Positions 1 through 10,481 of a DNA stretch of 41,277 nt are shown here, piece after piece. Where the stretch lies: NCBI GenBank assembly GCA_002269645.1, contig NIVC01003346.1, positions 1-41,277 of the forward strand, written 5' to 3'. This DNA comes from Macrostomum lignano (lineage: Eukaryota). Every line of letters begins with the position of its first letter. Position 1 is the first letter of the stretch. Below the pieces are notes generated by a model that was not told the DNA's origin, searched no databases, and saw nothing but the letters and a program-made list of their open reading frames with translations. A program made the position numbers and the translations under genes.

Positions 1-206
1 AGTAGGAGGGGTAACTACGTTTCTTAGGAATGGTTTTACTAAATAATACATTACGGGAACGTGGAGTTTCTCATTCATATATTACAGCACAAAGTTTGTA
101 ATTACTTTTGATAGGGGGCAGACCCAATTTTCATCTTTTGATTTGTCGTGCAAACTTTTTTACCTCAAGGGCCAGATAGAGAATCTAGTGGCAAGACTGC
201 TGGCCA

Positions 207-619
207 GGGGAGGAGAGAGAGAGAGGAGGAGAGGAGGAAGGAGAGGAGAGGAGAGGAGAGGAGAGGAGAGGAGAGGAGAGGAGAGGAGAGGAGAGAGGAG
301 AGGAGAGGAGAGAGAGAGGAGAGGAGAGGAGAGGAGAGGAGAGGAGAGGAGAGGAGAGGAGAGAGGAGAGGAGAGGAGAGGAGAGGAGAGGAGAGGAGAG
401 GAGAGGAGAGGAGAGGAGAGGAGAGGAGAGGAGAGGAGAGGAGAGGCGAGGAGGAGAGGAGAGGAGAGGAGAGGAGAGGAGAGGAGAGGAGAGGAGAGGA
501 GGAGAGGAGAGGAGAGGAGAGGAGAGGAGAGGAGAGATAGGAGAGGAGAGGAGAGGAGGGAGAGGAGAGGAGAGGAGAGGAGGAGAGGAGAGAGGAGAGG
601 AGAGAGGAGAGGAGAGGAG
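207..619. repeat. (GAGAG)n homopurine pentanucleotide microsatellite
   Basis: Near-continuous GAGAG/GGAGA units; explains the spurious RGEE and SPLL ORFs. Confidence 0.97.
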
Positions 620-636
620 CGGAGATTATTAGATTT

Positions 637-783
<147 letters not shown>

Positions 784-1659
784 ATTGCTATTGTAAATTT
801 TCAAAGGACCGAGGGCCAGAGACCTCTGTTTTTGTATTCGTTGATATTCGTAGGGCTTTCGTTCAAAAAGTTAGGATTCTAAGCCGTACTGAAAACTATA
901 TCTAAATATACTAAATCTCTAAGGTTTGTATGTCCATAACGCTCTAGTTAAATACTAAAAATGTTTCCCAGGGCGCGCGCTGCATGCTTGCTCAATTCAC
1001 CCCGCAAGCCAGTGTGTTGCATCCTAATTTTAAAATGTCATTCAATAGGCAACAGGTTGCTGCTTCAGCCTGACCTCTACCTGAACCGGGACGTGATTCA
1101 CAATGGGAGATTTTAATAAAAGAAATGTTAGAAATATTCTGAAAAAAACATGGATTTTGCTGCAGTAGAAATTGATTAGAGATATCGCCTTCGAGACCTT
1201 CATTTTTCTTCATCTCTAGCCATTGCTACAGTTCCGTAAATTCAAGAAGCGAATACCGTTTAATAATTCATGAAAAGCAAACAGCATATTCAGTCACTTT
1301 ACGTGCGCTGGCCTACGCCTGCCTGCTTAAATCATTTGTATGCGCAACATGTGGTGTGCGTGTGCGTTTGACTCGCGTCTTGTGGCCAAATACGTACCTG
1401 TGTTGACTCAAGGGGCACAGATGTCATGTATACCTACTATGAACGCTACCAGGGTGTAATTAGTAAATCAAAAAATTAATGCAATAAATACGGACTTGTT
1501 AAGAATACAGATTCAGACACTACTTATAGTAATTCAACTAGACCTCCACCCGGAGGCAAAGAAAGGAATAAGTTTTTTAATAATCTGCATGTAACTTTTG
1601 ACCTCTGTCACTTGCGCCTCCTGCCAGCCAACCTAATAAGGCTTAAGTCTTGCTCAAGC

Positions 1660-2350
1660 TGCTCTCGCGCAGGTGAAGGAGACGGCGCAGCGTGACACCG
1701 TGGTCGTCCTCGGAGACCTGAACGCGGTTTTGCGTAGGTCGAGTGGTAGCTGTTTGTGACACCACACGAGAACGAACGGCAACAACGGAGCGCTAGCTGG
1801 AGGCCTTCATCTAGAGGTAGAACATAGTTCAACCAACACCCGCTTCCGCAAGTCATTCGGCAGGCTCGCGACCTTCATGATCGAGCTGCAAGGGGAGGCG
1901 GGGGAACGCTCGCGGCCGGAATACGACGCTGAGGCAGGCACTGCTCGATCACTTGCTTGTGCATTTTCGTGAGCGCCGCTGTACAGTGTCGTCAACTGTC
2001 CCCACCACCATCACGCCACTGGCTATGCGGTCCGACCATCGGCCCCTTGACTGCGATCTGCGCCTACGTGATCCTCTACCGTCCTCCGAAGCGGCCATCG
2101 CGGCGTTACTACCGTACGCTCAAGGACACCCAGCAGACATGTCGCCATCTCGCTAGCGCCTTCGTCAGCGCGCTTGGCGACACGTGCGACACAGCAAGCA
2201 GTCCCGCTGATGCGACCGGCCCAACGTAAGCAGTCGGTCTGGCTGGATGACCCAGCGATTCGGCAAGCGAGGGCAGAGCTGGAAAGGCTCCGTCTGAGCA
2301 GGCGGCAACTCGTGAGGCAGAGTCTCTGGCGGCTGTCTACCTGCCATGCA
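1660..2350 (+). pseudogene. Degenerate non-LTR retrotransposon (RTE-like) AP-endonuclease fragment
   Basis: Broken frames give the APE motifs in the correct order: VVVLGDLNA (~1700-1725), NGNNG..TNTRFRK..LATF, LLDHLLV (~1941-1961), SDHRPL (2031-2048), then a WLDDPAIRQARAELERLR linker. Stops and frameshifts lie between the motifs. Confidence 0.75.
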
Positions 2351-2652
2351 GAGACTTCCTGCCTGTTGCGGCTGTCGCTGAACGAGTACTTGCCGCCCCA
2401 TCGCGGCTCAGTGGCGCAGATCTTTATGGGGTCATTAATAATCAGTTTTTAGTCTGTCTGGTGTGATCTGCAGGTGTACGTTCTTGAGTATGGATATCGA
2501 TGCACCTGATGGTCGAGGAAATCTCGAACGTGATGATCGCGCTTTTTACTTTTAATTTTTCAGGCCATCAAATTAAGCATATGATCTGAGATCGTTCTCG
2601 TTTTTTAAAACTTAACGATATTGTTATAGCTAATTTTTATGGCTACATATGT

Positions 2653-2838
2653 ATGACCTTTCCACACACAGGAAGAGTTCCTGCATGACTTTGTGCAGTT
2701 GGCCGGACTCACTGGGTATTTCACTGCACGCCTGTGGGCTCTGGCATCGCAATAAATGACAAAAACTTAGCTGTTCACAGATCTGGTTCACAGAGCTGCA
2801 AGTCGGGCAGGAACTCCTCCTGTGTGTGGAAAGGTCAT
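2653..2838. mobile_element. 186-bp MITE-like element with 32-bp terminal inverted repeats
   Basis: ATGACCTTTCCACACACAGGAAGAGTTCCTGC (2653-2684) matches the reverse complement of 2807-2838 with 1 mismatch. Confidence 0.8.
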
Positions 2839-4399
2839 TCTGGTGCAGATTGTGACTGCATGGGCAGACCTACTCAGAGCTGTTACGCGGCAGTTTCTGC
2901 CATTGCTACGGCAAACTTTGGCTGCCTGCAGAATTGCATTCAAGACAACAACGCTGCACCACATCGAGAGAAAATTACACATGCAGCTGCTTGAAGGAGC
3001 AGCTCGACATTCGCGCGAGCGTACTTGCATTCGGAAAAAATCATGCATACCTACACACAGTATATCCGCTTATCAATTATAATCGGCAGCCATGTAGACA
3101 TGAAAAATTAGGTTCATTAAAAAAGGTCAAAAAGGATAGAAAAGTTTTCATAGAATTCGCTATAATGCAAAAAAAGATTTGTTATGTTTGTTTCTATGAA
3201 TTTAAAACCGCTAATGGATGAGATATTTTAAAATTTAATTAAAGTATGTGAGTGACCCGCCGCACTACCCGGCCGGCCGGCCAGAGGGACAGATTGGCGT
3301 AGGCCTACGCAGATAGAGCAGCGTCTAGTAATAGTAGTATATTTAGATTTAAGGCTAATGCTTACGTTTTGGTTGAAGCATGGGTAGGTCTAGCCTAGCA
3401 ATATTACCTTGCAGCAAGTAGGCCTAGCTTGAATGCTACAACAACAATCTAAATAACTAATATTAGGCCTAGGCCTAATCATTAATTTCATATTAACGCC
3501 GGCAATAAAGTGGTTTTCTTTACCTTGGCTGCCTGCTGTTCGCTTCTGTTTATTATTTATTTATGTATCCAGATTCCAGACTATGCCTAGGCCTACTTCA
3601 GTGTGTTCAAATAGAAATTTGTGTCATTGTGTTAAGTCTTAAATTTAGGCCCTAGGCCTAACAAAATTTCATTTGGTAGGGGCCTAGCTAGTTTATAGTA
3701 TAGTTAAATTATAATAGGCTTATAACATTAACATACCTAATTTAAGTAGTAGGCCTAGGCCCTATATACCTTGCCTCTATAAAGGGACAAATCATTATTT
3801 TTTAAGTTTGTGTTTGATTTTATTCCTAATTTGGGTCTTATCCTATTATTATTTAGCATAGGCCCACTAGTTATAGGCAAAACTATGGCTAAATTGTTTG
3901 TTTTTCTCTATTAGTATTATGTCTAGTTGTAGCCAAAAGATTAAAAATTATAGTTGGTTCCATTCTTAACTATTTTATTCTAGGAGGCTATTCTATTCAT
4001 TTAATAATTCCTATCCTAGCCTTGCCCTTAGTAGGCCTATAGTAATAATAATAATAGTTATAATTAAGCTTTATGCTAGGCTATAGAGCCTATAGCAGAA
4101 CTAGATTTATTAGATAAAATTTAGGCTAGGCCTACTTTGTATTATACAATAAGAATAAGTCTAGTAATATAAATTCTTGATCTAGTATTTTTTATTCGCC
4201 TAAAATAGCTGAATCATTGGCAAAAGCAATTTTGGGCATTGCATATATATATATGACATAGAGGTTATTTGTCCTTATAGGCCTAAATAATCTCACAATG
4301 CCACCAGCTGTTATATGGGTTATTTCTTCTTAAGACTACTGGTTATTAATTGCCTTTCCACTGGTAGCACATGTACTTCTATTGGTAGCATATGTACTT

Positions 4400-4962
4400 C
4401 TATTGGTAGTATATATATTTCTATAATATTTTCTAGCCTGAATAGTCTTTAGGCACTGTCTATTCTATCCCTATATTCCTCTAAAGATTTTAGTCTCTCA
4501 GTCCTAGGCATTCCCAGGATCAGAGGGTCATAGCTGACTTGCTGGATATTCTGCCCCAAGACAGGTTTCTCAGACTCTGAGTCTAGACTTCTCTACCTTG
4601 TGATAGGATTCCTGCCTTCTAAAGGCGATTTCTCAGATCTTAGATCTAGATGTCTTGTTCTCTGAGAACAGACTAAACTCCCAATCTTGGGGCAACTCCT
4701 ATGTCACTATCTACTACTTGAAATAAGTAACACAAGTGATTACAAGCCTACTAAGGCTGATTGGATTTTATTTGCAAAATAAGCAGGTAGGCACAATCAA
4801 AGCTTGAGCTCAAAGGTGAGAAAGGAAGAAGCAAACCTTTATTATGGTCAGGCCCTCAGATGGCCCCTATTTATAGTAAAAATTTCATTATAGTTTTAAA
4901 CAAATGATTGTACAAAATATACAAAATATACAAAATATTTCTAATATTTGTTCAATACAACA
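4400..4962 (-). mobile_element. Decayed LTR-retrotransposon 5' LTR (4719-4962) with mutated PBS-like site and adjacent leader
   Basis: Minus strand reads TGTTGTA at 4962, then TATAAATAGGGG, AATAAA and TTATTTCA ending at 4719, followed by AG-TAGTAGATAGTGACA where a TGG-starting PBS is expected. No second LTR seen. Confidence 0.5.
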
Positions 4963-5389
4963 AAGTATTAGTTTTCGAATGTTACAATTTTCTAAGAAAT
5001 AAAAGAAAATTTGTTTACTAAAATCGAAGCCTATTGCATATATAAGATTAAAATTTTAATGAAGAATATTAGTTATATAAGTTTATTAATAACTTTTGAA
5101 AGCCTTTTAAAAATATACCTTTATTAAGCAAGTAGTTTATAAATAATATGCCTATTTCAAGGATGCTCTTATGATGTCTATTTTAAAGATATACATATAA
5201 AGTACCTATTGCTTCATGACAATGAGTCTATATATAGTTAGGACTATATAAAATAGCTACTAGAAAACTTTAATTAAGAAGTATTGCTACATCTTGCAAA
5301 TTCTTTTGACATAAATCCCTACAAATTTAAACAGCTTTGTTTAAGGCTATTTCTTTAATTGTATAGACAAGCTTTTGGTATAATCATTT

Positions 5390-6180
5390 GGCTCATTCCA
5401 TATAAGATGGACATTTTTGGAAAATAGAAAAAGTCAATATTTTTGCTTGCCATTGCCTTATCAGCCAATGTTTTTTTTACCAAATGTTTTTTATGTGTAG
5501 TATCTACAATCTAAGAATAAATGAATGATAAAATGTTGGATTAGTATGTTATCAAGTGGCAAAAAGTCATTTTTGTAAAAATTTGGACATTTTTCTAAGC
5601 AAAAGACATCATTAAATTTGTGTACCTTTTAAAAACAAATAGAAAGCTTTGGAAGGTTGAAACAAACTATAGATAAAAGTATAGTACTTGCATCATCAGA
5701 TAAAAGTATTGGTGACCAAATAATCTATTATATTTTTAATATATTGGTACCTCAAAGTTACTGAATTGACAGAAAAAAAATATGTTACGACCATAATGTT
5801 ACAACCATAAGGCTGCCTTTTCTTTTGTATCTTTGTTGCCTTTTTGAGTTTATATATTCTACAAAAAGAATATGATTACTGAAGATGTTCTTAGTCAAAT
5901 TTTAAAAAATGTATTGCAAAATATCAAAAATAAAAAATGTTAAAAGACTTTTACCTTTTAGTTTCTATATGTCAAAAATCCTGTTGTTACAACCATAAGT
6001 GCCATTCAAGGCTTAATAGCATCTATACTAATGATGATATCTACATGAAACTCTATAAAAATATTCTTGACAAAATTATCTTTAATTTAAAATATTGGTT
6101 TAGTATATTTTATTATTATATTTCATTTTATAAGTAAAAATAGCCTGTCATGTTATAACCGTGCTTATATGGAATGAGCC
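5390..6180. mobile_element. 791-bp non-autonomous DNA transposon (17-bp TIR, 4-bp ATTT TSD; Sola1-like TSD)
   Basis: GGCTCATTCCATATAAG (5390-5406) and CTTATATGGAATGAGCC (6164-6180) are perfect inverted repeats with ATTT on both sides. A 4-bp AWWT TSD is described for Sola1; the superfamily call is tentative. Confidence 0.85.
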
Positions 6181-7396
6181 ATTTAGTTTTTTTTTACCAA
6201 AAATGCAGTCCCATGCTAGGTCTAAAACCCCCATACTTAACTGATAAATAGTATGCCAGGTGGTGTAAAAAATTTCAAAATGAATAAAAGTCCTATCTTT
6301 AACCTATCCCTTCTACATTGCTCTGACTTCAAGTTTAAGCTAAGTTAAGTTCTAAATTCCCAATGTGCTACATGTCTATTCTATTGAATTATATCTTATT
6401 TTGGATCAAGTATTAGATAATTTAATTTGTTATAAGTTTGGTAAGTTGAAATCAACCTCAAAAAGACAGTGTGCCAATTTGGCATTAGGGGTCCAAATCT
6501 AAGATGCCAAAATTGAAGTCAAGATGCTATAGCACCCATATACCAAAAAAACTAGATAATCATGTAAGTTCAATAGCTATATAATTCTGTGACTGTTGAT
6601 AAAGTTAGAAAGCTACAAGGCAATGTCTAATTGTAGCCAAATGATGACTACTTAAAATGATTAGAGAGTTTTATAACTTTCCAGTTTCTTGTTACATTTT
6701 TATAGTTACTGATATTGACTTTTAAGATCCCCCTTATATAGTGCTAGCATTAGGCCCTATAAGACTAGTAGTAATTGAGAAAATTAGCTCTGGTGCAATG
6801 TGGTAGTGCCATAATCTAGTAACAGTACAACAGTATGCCTAACGATTATATAAGGTGTCTACTGTCTTAAGCACCTTGAAAAAGGGTACTAGTGTAGTAT
6901 GGCACACCTAAAATTTATAAAGTATCTAGCATGTGTCTGCAGGTTTTCTAAAAGTTTTTGGTATGCATCTGTAGGTTTTTAAAAATTATTCCGATGAGGG
7001 CATTAAGTGGTTAAAATTAGAATTTTTATAAAAGGTATTTTTAGTTAAGAATAAAAATTATTATTTTACCTATGGTATACTAATGCAACCAACTATTGCA
7101 ATATAATAATTTACATTTGATTATCTTCTTTGACCAAAGCATGACTAAATTATAAGAGCCACAAGTTTAAATGCTAGCACATTGGCCATCATTTGGTATC
7201 TGCTTAATAGCAAACAGTCAATTAGCAAAAAACCTGTGCTGCAGCTAGGGTAAGACAAGAAGCTGGATGCCCTACACATTAGCTTATTGTTATTTTTGTT
7301 TGGGCCTAACTTTCAAGAGCACATATCAAGATCAATGCTACATGTAATTGCTCACTTATTAATTTATTATTGCCCTCGCCGAACCTGGGTTTCCAG

Positions 7397-8364
7397 GACC
7401 CTCAGCAGCAGCAGCTTGCAAAGCCTCCTCCGGCGGCAAGCGACGTCGTAAGCCCCTGAAATCTCAGACGCCCCAGGCGTCTTTGGTGCCTCAGATGTCC
7501 CTCTCGCTTCATCAGCAGCAGCAGCAGATGCCGCCGCATCAGCAGCAGCCGTTGCATTCGCAACCTCAGCTGCCTCATCATCATCAGCAACAGCATCAGC
7601 CGCATCATCACATGCAGCAGCAGCATCAGCCGCATTCCTCTTCTGTCCAGCATCTGCAGCAACATCAGCCGGTTCCTCATCATCAGTTACTGCCGCACGC
7701 GCTCGCCCAGCAACAGCAGGCGGCCGCATTCGGCTTAGGCGAGCACCTGTCACTGGGGAGCCTGCGCATCAGCTTTGCCCCTGTTTTCACTTGCAACCTG
7801 TGCGAGCGAGCATTCACCGATCGGGCCTCGTTTGAGCAGCACAATACTACTCATATTCGCGGCGAACTACTCATCAATACTACTAATAATAACAGTAGTA
7901 ACAACAGTACCGTTCCAAATCGGCCAGTCGCAACCTCGGATTCTGCTGGCGGAGCCGCCGCCACCACCGCTGCATCGGCCCCAACTGGCCCCAACACCAC
8001 CGACGTCCGCGGCGGCAAGCGGAAGCCGCACAAATGCGAATTGTGCCTGAAGCAGTTCCGTCAGAAGGCCCACCTCAGTCACCATTTGATGACGCATTCG
8101 GGTGCCAAGCCGTTCAAATGTTCCGTTTGCGAGCGCAGCTTTCCGCAGCAGTACTCGCTTAGTCGGCACATGCAGCGCCACAACGACGACCGGCCATTTG
8201 CCTGTCCGATCTGCGGCCGGGCCTTCCGCCAGAAGGTGCACCTGGACGCGCACGAGCGGACGCATTCGGGCCACAAGCCGTTCTGCTGCCGGTTCTGCTC
8301 TAAGCAGTTCGGGCACCGGTATTCTCTTGATCGGCATGTCAGCCAGCTGCACCCTCTGGCCTGA
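7397..8364 (+). CDS. C2H2 zinc-finger protein (Q/H-rich N-terminal region, 1 isolated + 4 tandem fingers); start uncertain
   Basis: Fingers CNLC..HNTTH, CELC..HLMTH, CSVC..HMQRH, CPIC..HERTH, CRFC..HVSQLH with SGAKP/SGHKP linkers; stop TGA at 8362-8364. The frame is open back to 7363, there is an acceptor TTTCCAG| at 7396, and the first ATG is at 7495. Confidence 0.9.
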
Positions 8365-8378
8365 CCGATTCATTTGAC

Positions 8379-8475
8379 ATTTGACCGCCAGTGACATTTG
8401 ACTGCCAGTGACATTTTTACTGCCAGTGACATTTGGCTGTCTAAAATTGACCGATAGCCCTAACCCATACCCAAG
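8379..8475 (-). repeat. 17-bp tandem (TTGACTGCCAGTGACAT) plus inverted partial end of the TTAGGG-element family
   Basis: About 3.5 copies, then AATTGACCGATAGCCCTAACCC, which resembles the reverse complement of the right ends at ~9030-9050 and ~23645-23680. Confidence 0.55.
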
Positions 8476-8763
8476 CTTATTTTGTAAGCTTGACGCTCGA
8501 CAGTGCTTTAACTGAATCTCTCTAGCTTGTCTTAACTACGAGTATTTCTTTTTTTATCCACTAATTCCACTGCTGCACTTTTAAATTGGGCGCTATATAC
8601 TGTATGTGTATTGGCTGACAGATATCAGAGTTACTACGAGTATATAGATTGTCTGAGATAACAGTAAATACTTCTGTCTTTGAAGGCACTGAATAGTTGT
8701 ACTGGCTTTATCTGCGTTTCACTACTGACTGGTTGTAATTAGTAGTATGTTGAGCTTAAGACT

Positions 8764-9068
8764 GGATTTGCGACTTTTGACTGCGGACGATCAAGTTTAG
8801 ATTTAGGGTTTAGTTTAGGGTTTTGGTTTACGTTTGACTTAGAGTTTAGGCTAGTGGTTTGGATTAGGTTAGAATTGGGGTTTAGGCTAGGGTTTGGATT
8901 AGGTTAGACTTAAAGTTTAAGTTAGGGTTGGGTTAGGATTTGTTTGGGTTATGACTTAGGTTAGTGCTTGTGTTTGGGTTAGAGTTTGACTTATGTTTAG
9001 GATTTAGGTGAGGATTTAGGTATGGATTAGAGTCGGTAGTCAATTGGTGGCAGTGAAGAGTCGCAGAC
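8764..9068 (+). mobile_element. Short element with imperfect inverted ends enclosing degenerate telomere-like (TTAGGG) repeats
   Basis: Left TTTGCGACTTTTGACTGC pairs with right GCAGTGAAGAGTCGCAGA; the interior is TTTAGGG/TTAGG-rich; the right-end motif CGGTAGTCAATTGGTGGCA recurs at ~23658. Confidence 0.6.
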
Positions 9069-9694
9069 CCCTAAGTCTGTCTACTAAACGTGAAACATCT
9101 GTCAAAAAATGGCTCATGTTAATGATACACAGCATTGCGTACTTCAATGCTTTATTTCTCCAACTTTGTTTTGTTGCGTGTTTCATAGATTTTTACCTGT
9201 ATATTTATTGTATAGTTAATTATTGATCGAACTTAACCATAGCCAATAAATATTGTTTATTCACTAGCCATACTGTTAGAGTATCTTGTTGCTAATGTGT
9301 TTGTACATACATACTCTTAGATGGTTGCTAAGACACGGATTAATATAGCGCTCTATGCTGTGGTTGGGTTAACAATATATTATTACCTTTTAAATAAATC
9401 CACAAGGCATGAATCCAGCTGTCTGTAAATTTACATTCACTATCAAATATTCTTTCCATATTTATCGTTTTGTTTAGTAAACTTTAACCGTATAGCAAAT
9501 TATTATATTTTGCGATTATTAGCTGTACAATCCTTTGTTTCTTATAGATCAATTAATTATACACTTGAATTGAAATTCACCTATGTATAAGTTGTAGCTT
9601 TATTAATTATTTTTTTAATTGCTTTTTGTCTGTACGCAAGTCGTATAGTGGACATATTAATATAGATTGTGTTTTTAGGGTGGGTAGCTGCGAT

Positions 9695-10392
9695 GGGGTA
9701 GCACCACACTGAATACCCAGGTGAGCAGGTGGGGGGGGAGGGGTAGCACCGCACTGAATACCCAGGGGAGCAGGTGGGGGGGGAGGGGTAGCACCGCACT
9801 GAATACCCAGGGGAGCAGGTGGGGGGGGGGGTAGCACCGCACTGAATACCCAGGTGAGCAGGTGGGGGCGGGGTAGCACCGCACTGAATACCCAGGGGAG
9901 CAGGTGGGGGGGGGGTAGCACCGCACTGAATACCCAGGTGAGCAGGTGGGGGGGGGTAGCACCGCACTGAATACCCAGGTGAGCAGGTGGGGGCGGGGGT
10001 AGCACAGCACCGCACTGAATACCCAGGTGAGCAGGTGGGGGGGGAGGGGTAGCACCGCACTGAATACCCAGGGGAGCAGGTGGGGGGGGGGTAGCACCGC
10101 ACTGAATACCCAGGTGAGCAGGTGGGGGCGGGGGTAGCACCGCACTGAATACCCAGGGAGCAGGTGGGGGGGGGTAGCACCGCACTGAATACCCAGGTGA
10201 GCAGGTGGGGGGGGTAGCACCGCACTGAATACCCAGGTGAGCAGGTGGGGAGGGGTAGCACCGCACTGAATACCCAGGTGAGCAGGTGGGGGGGGTAGCA
10301 CCGCACTGAATACCCAGGTGAGCAGGTGGGGGGGGGGTAGCACCGCACTGAATACCCAGGGGAGCAGATGGGGGCGGGGTACTGTTGCACCG
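9695..10392. repeat. G-run minisatellite, ~41-47 bp unit, 16 copies
   Basis: Unit GTAGCACCGCACTGAATACCCAGG(T/G)GAGCAGGT followed by a variable G-run; CTGAATACCC counted 16 times. Confidence 0.97.
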
Positions 10393-10481
10393 CACTATAA
10401 TAGATATATTCTCAGATTTTATACTAGCACAATTAATAAGCAGCGGATTTCATAACCACATGCTTTCAGCAGCAAGGCCAG

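Larger units (their letters stand above)
901..3328 (+). mobile_element. Putative non-autonomous Helitron carrying captured/nested sequence
   Basis: Starts A|TCTAAATATACTAA...GTTTGTATGTC at 901, similar to the Helitron-like start at 27028 on the minus strand. Ends with the perfect 14-bp palindrome GCGTAGGCCTACGC (3297-3310), a 14-nt spacer and CTAG|T (3325-3328), i.e. insertion between A and T. Pairing the two ends is an inference. Confidence 0.55.
3545..7370. other. CpG-depleted, TpA/CTAG-rich block of decayed transposon remnants
   Basis: About 8 CpG counted by eye in 3601-7350, while flanks and other AT-rich parts of the window retain CpG. Many TAGGCCTA/CTAG words. Confidence 0.85.

Noticed and set aside
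1957-2229. ICAYVILYRPPK read as an endonuclease YRPP motif
   Set aside because: It is out of order relative to GDLN, LDHLLV and SDH, which lie in other frames, so it is probably coincidental.
5937-6137. 66-aa ORF inside the MITE
   Set aside because: Short, AT-rich, and has no transposase motif.
7000-7016. GGGCATTAAGTGGTTAA as a piggyBac-like TTAA terminus
   Set aside because: No matching opposite end found.
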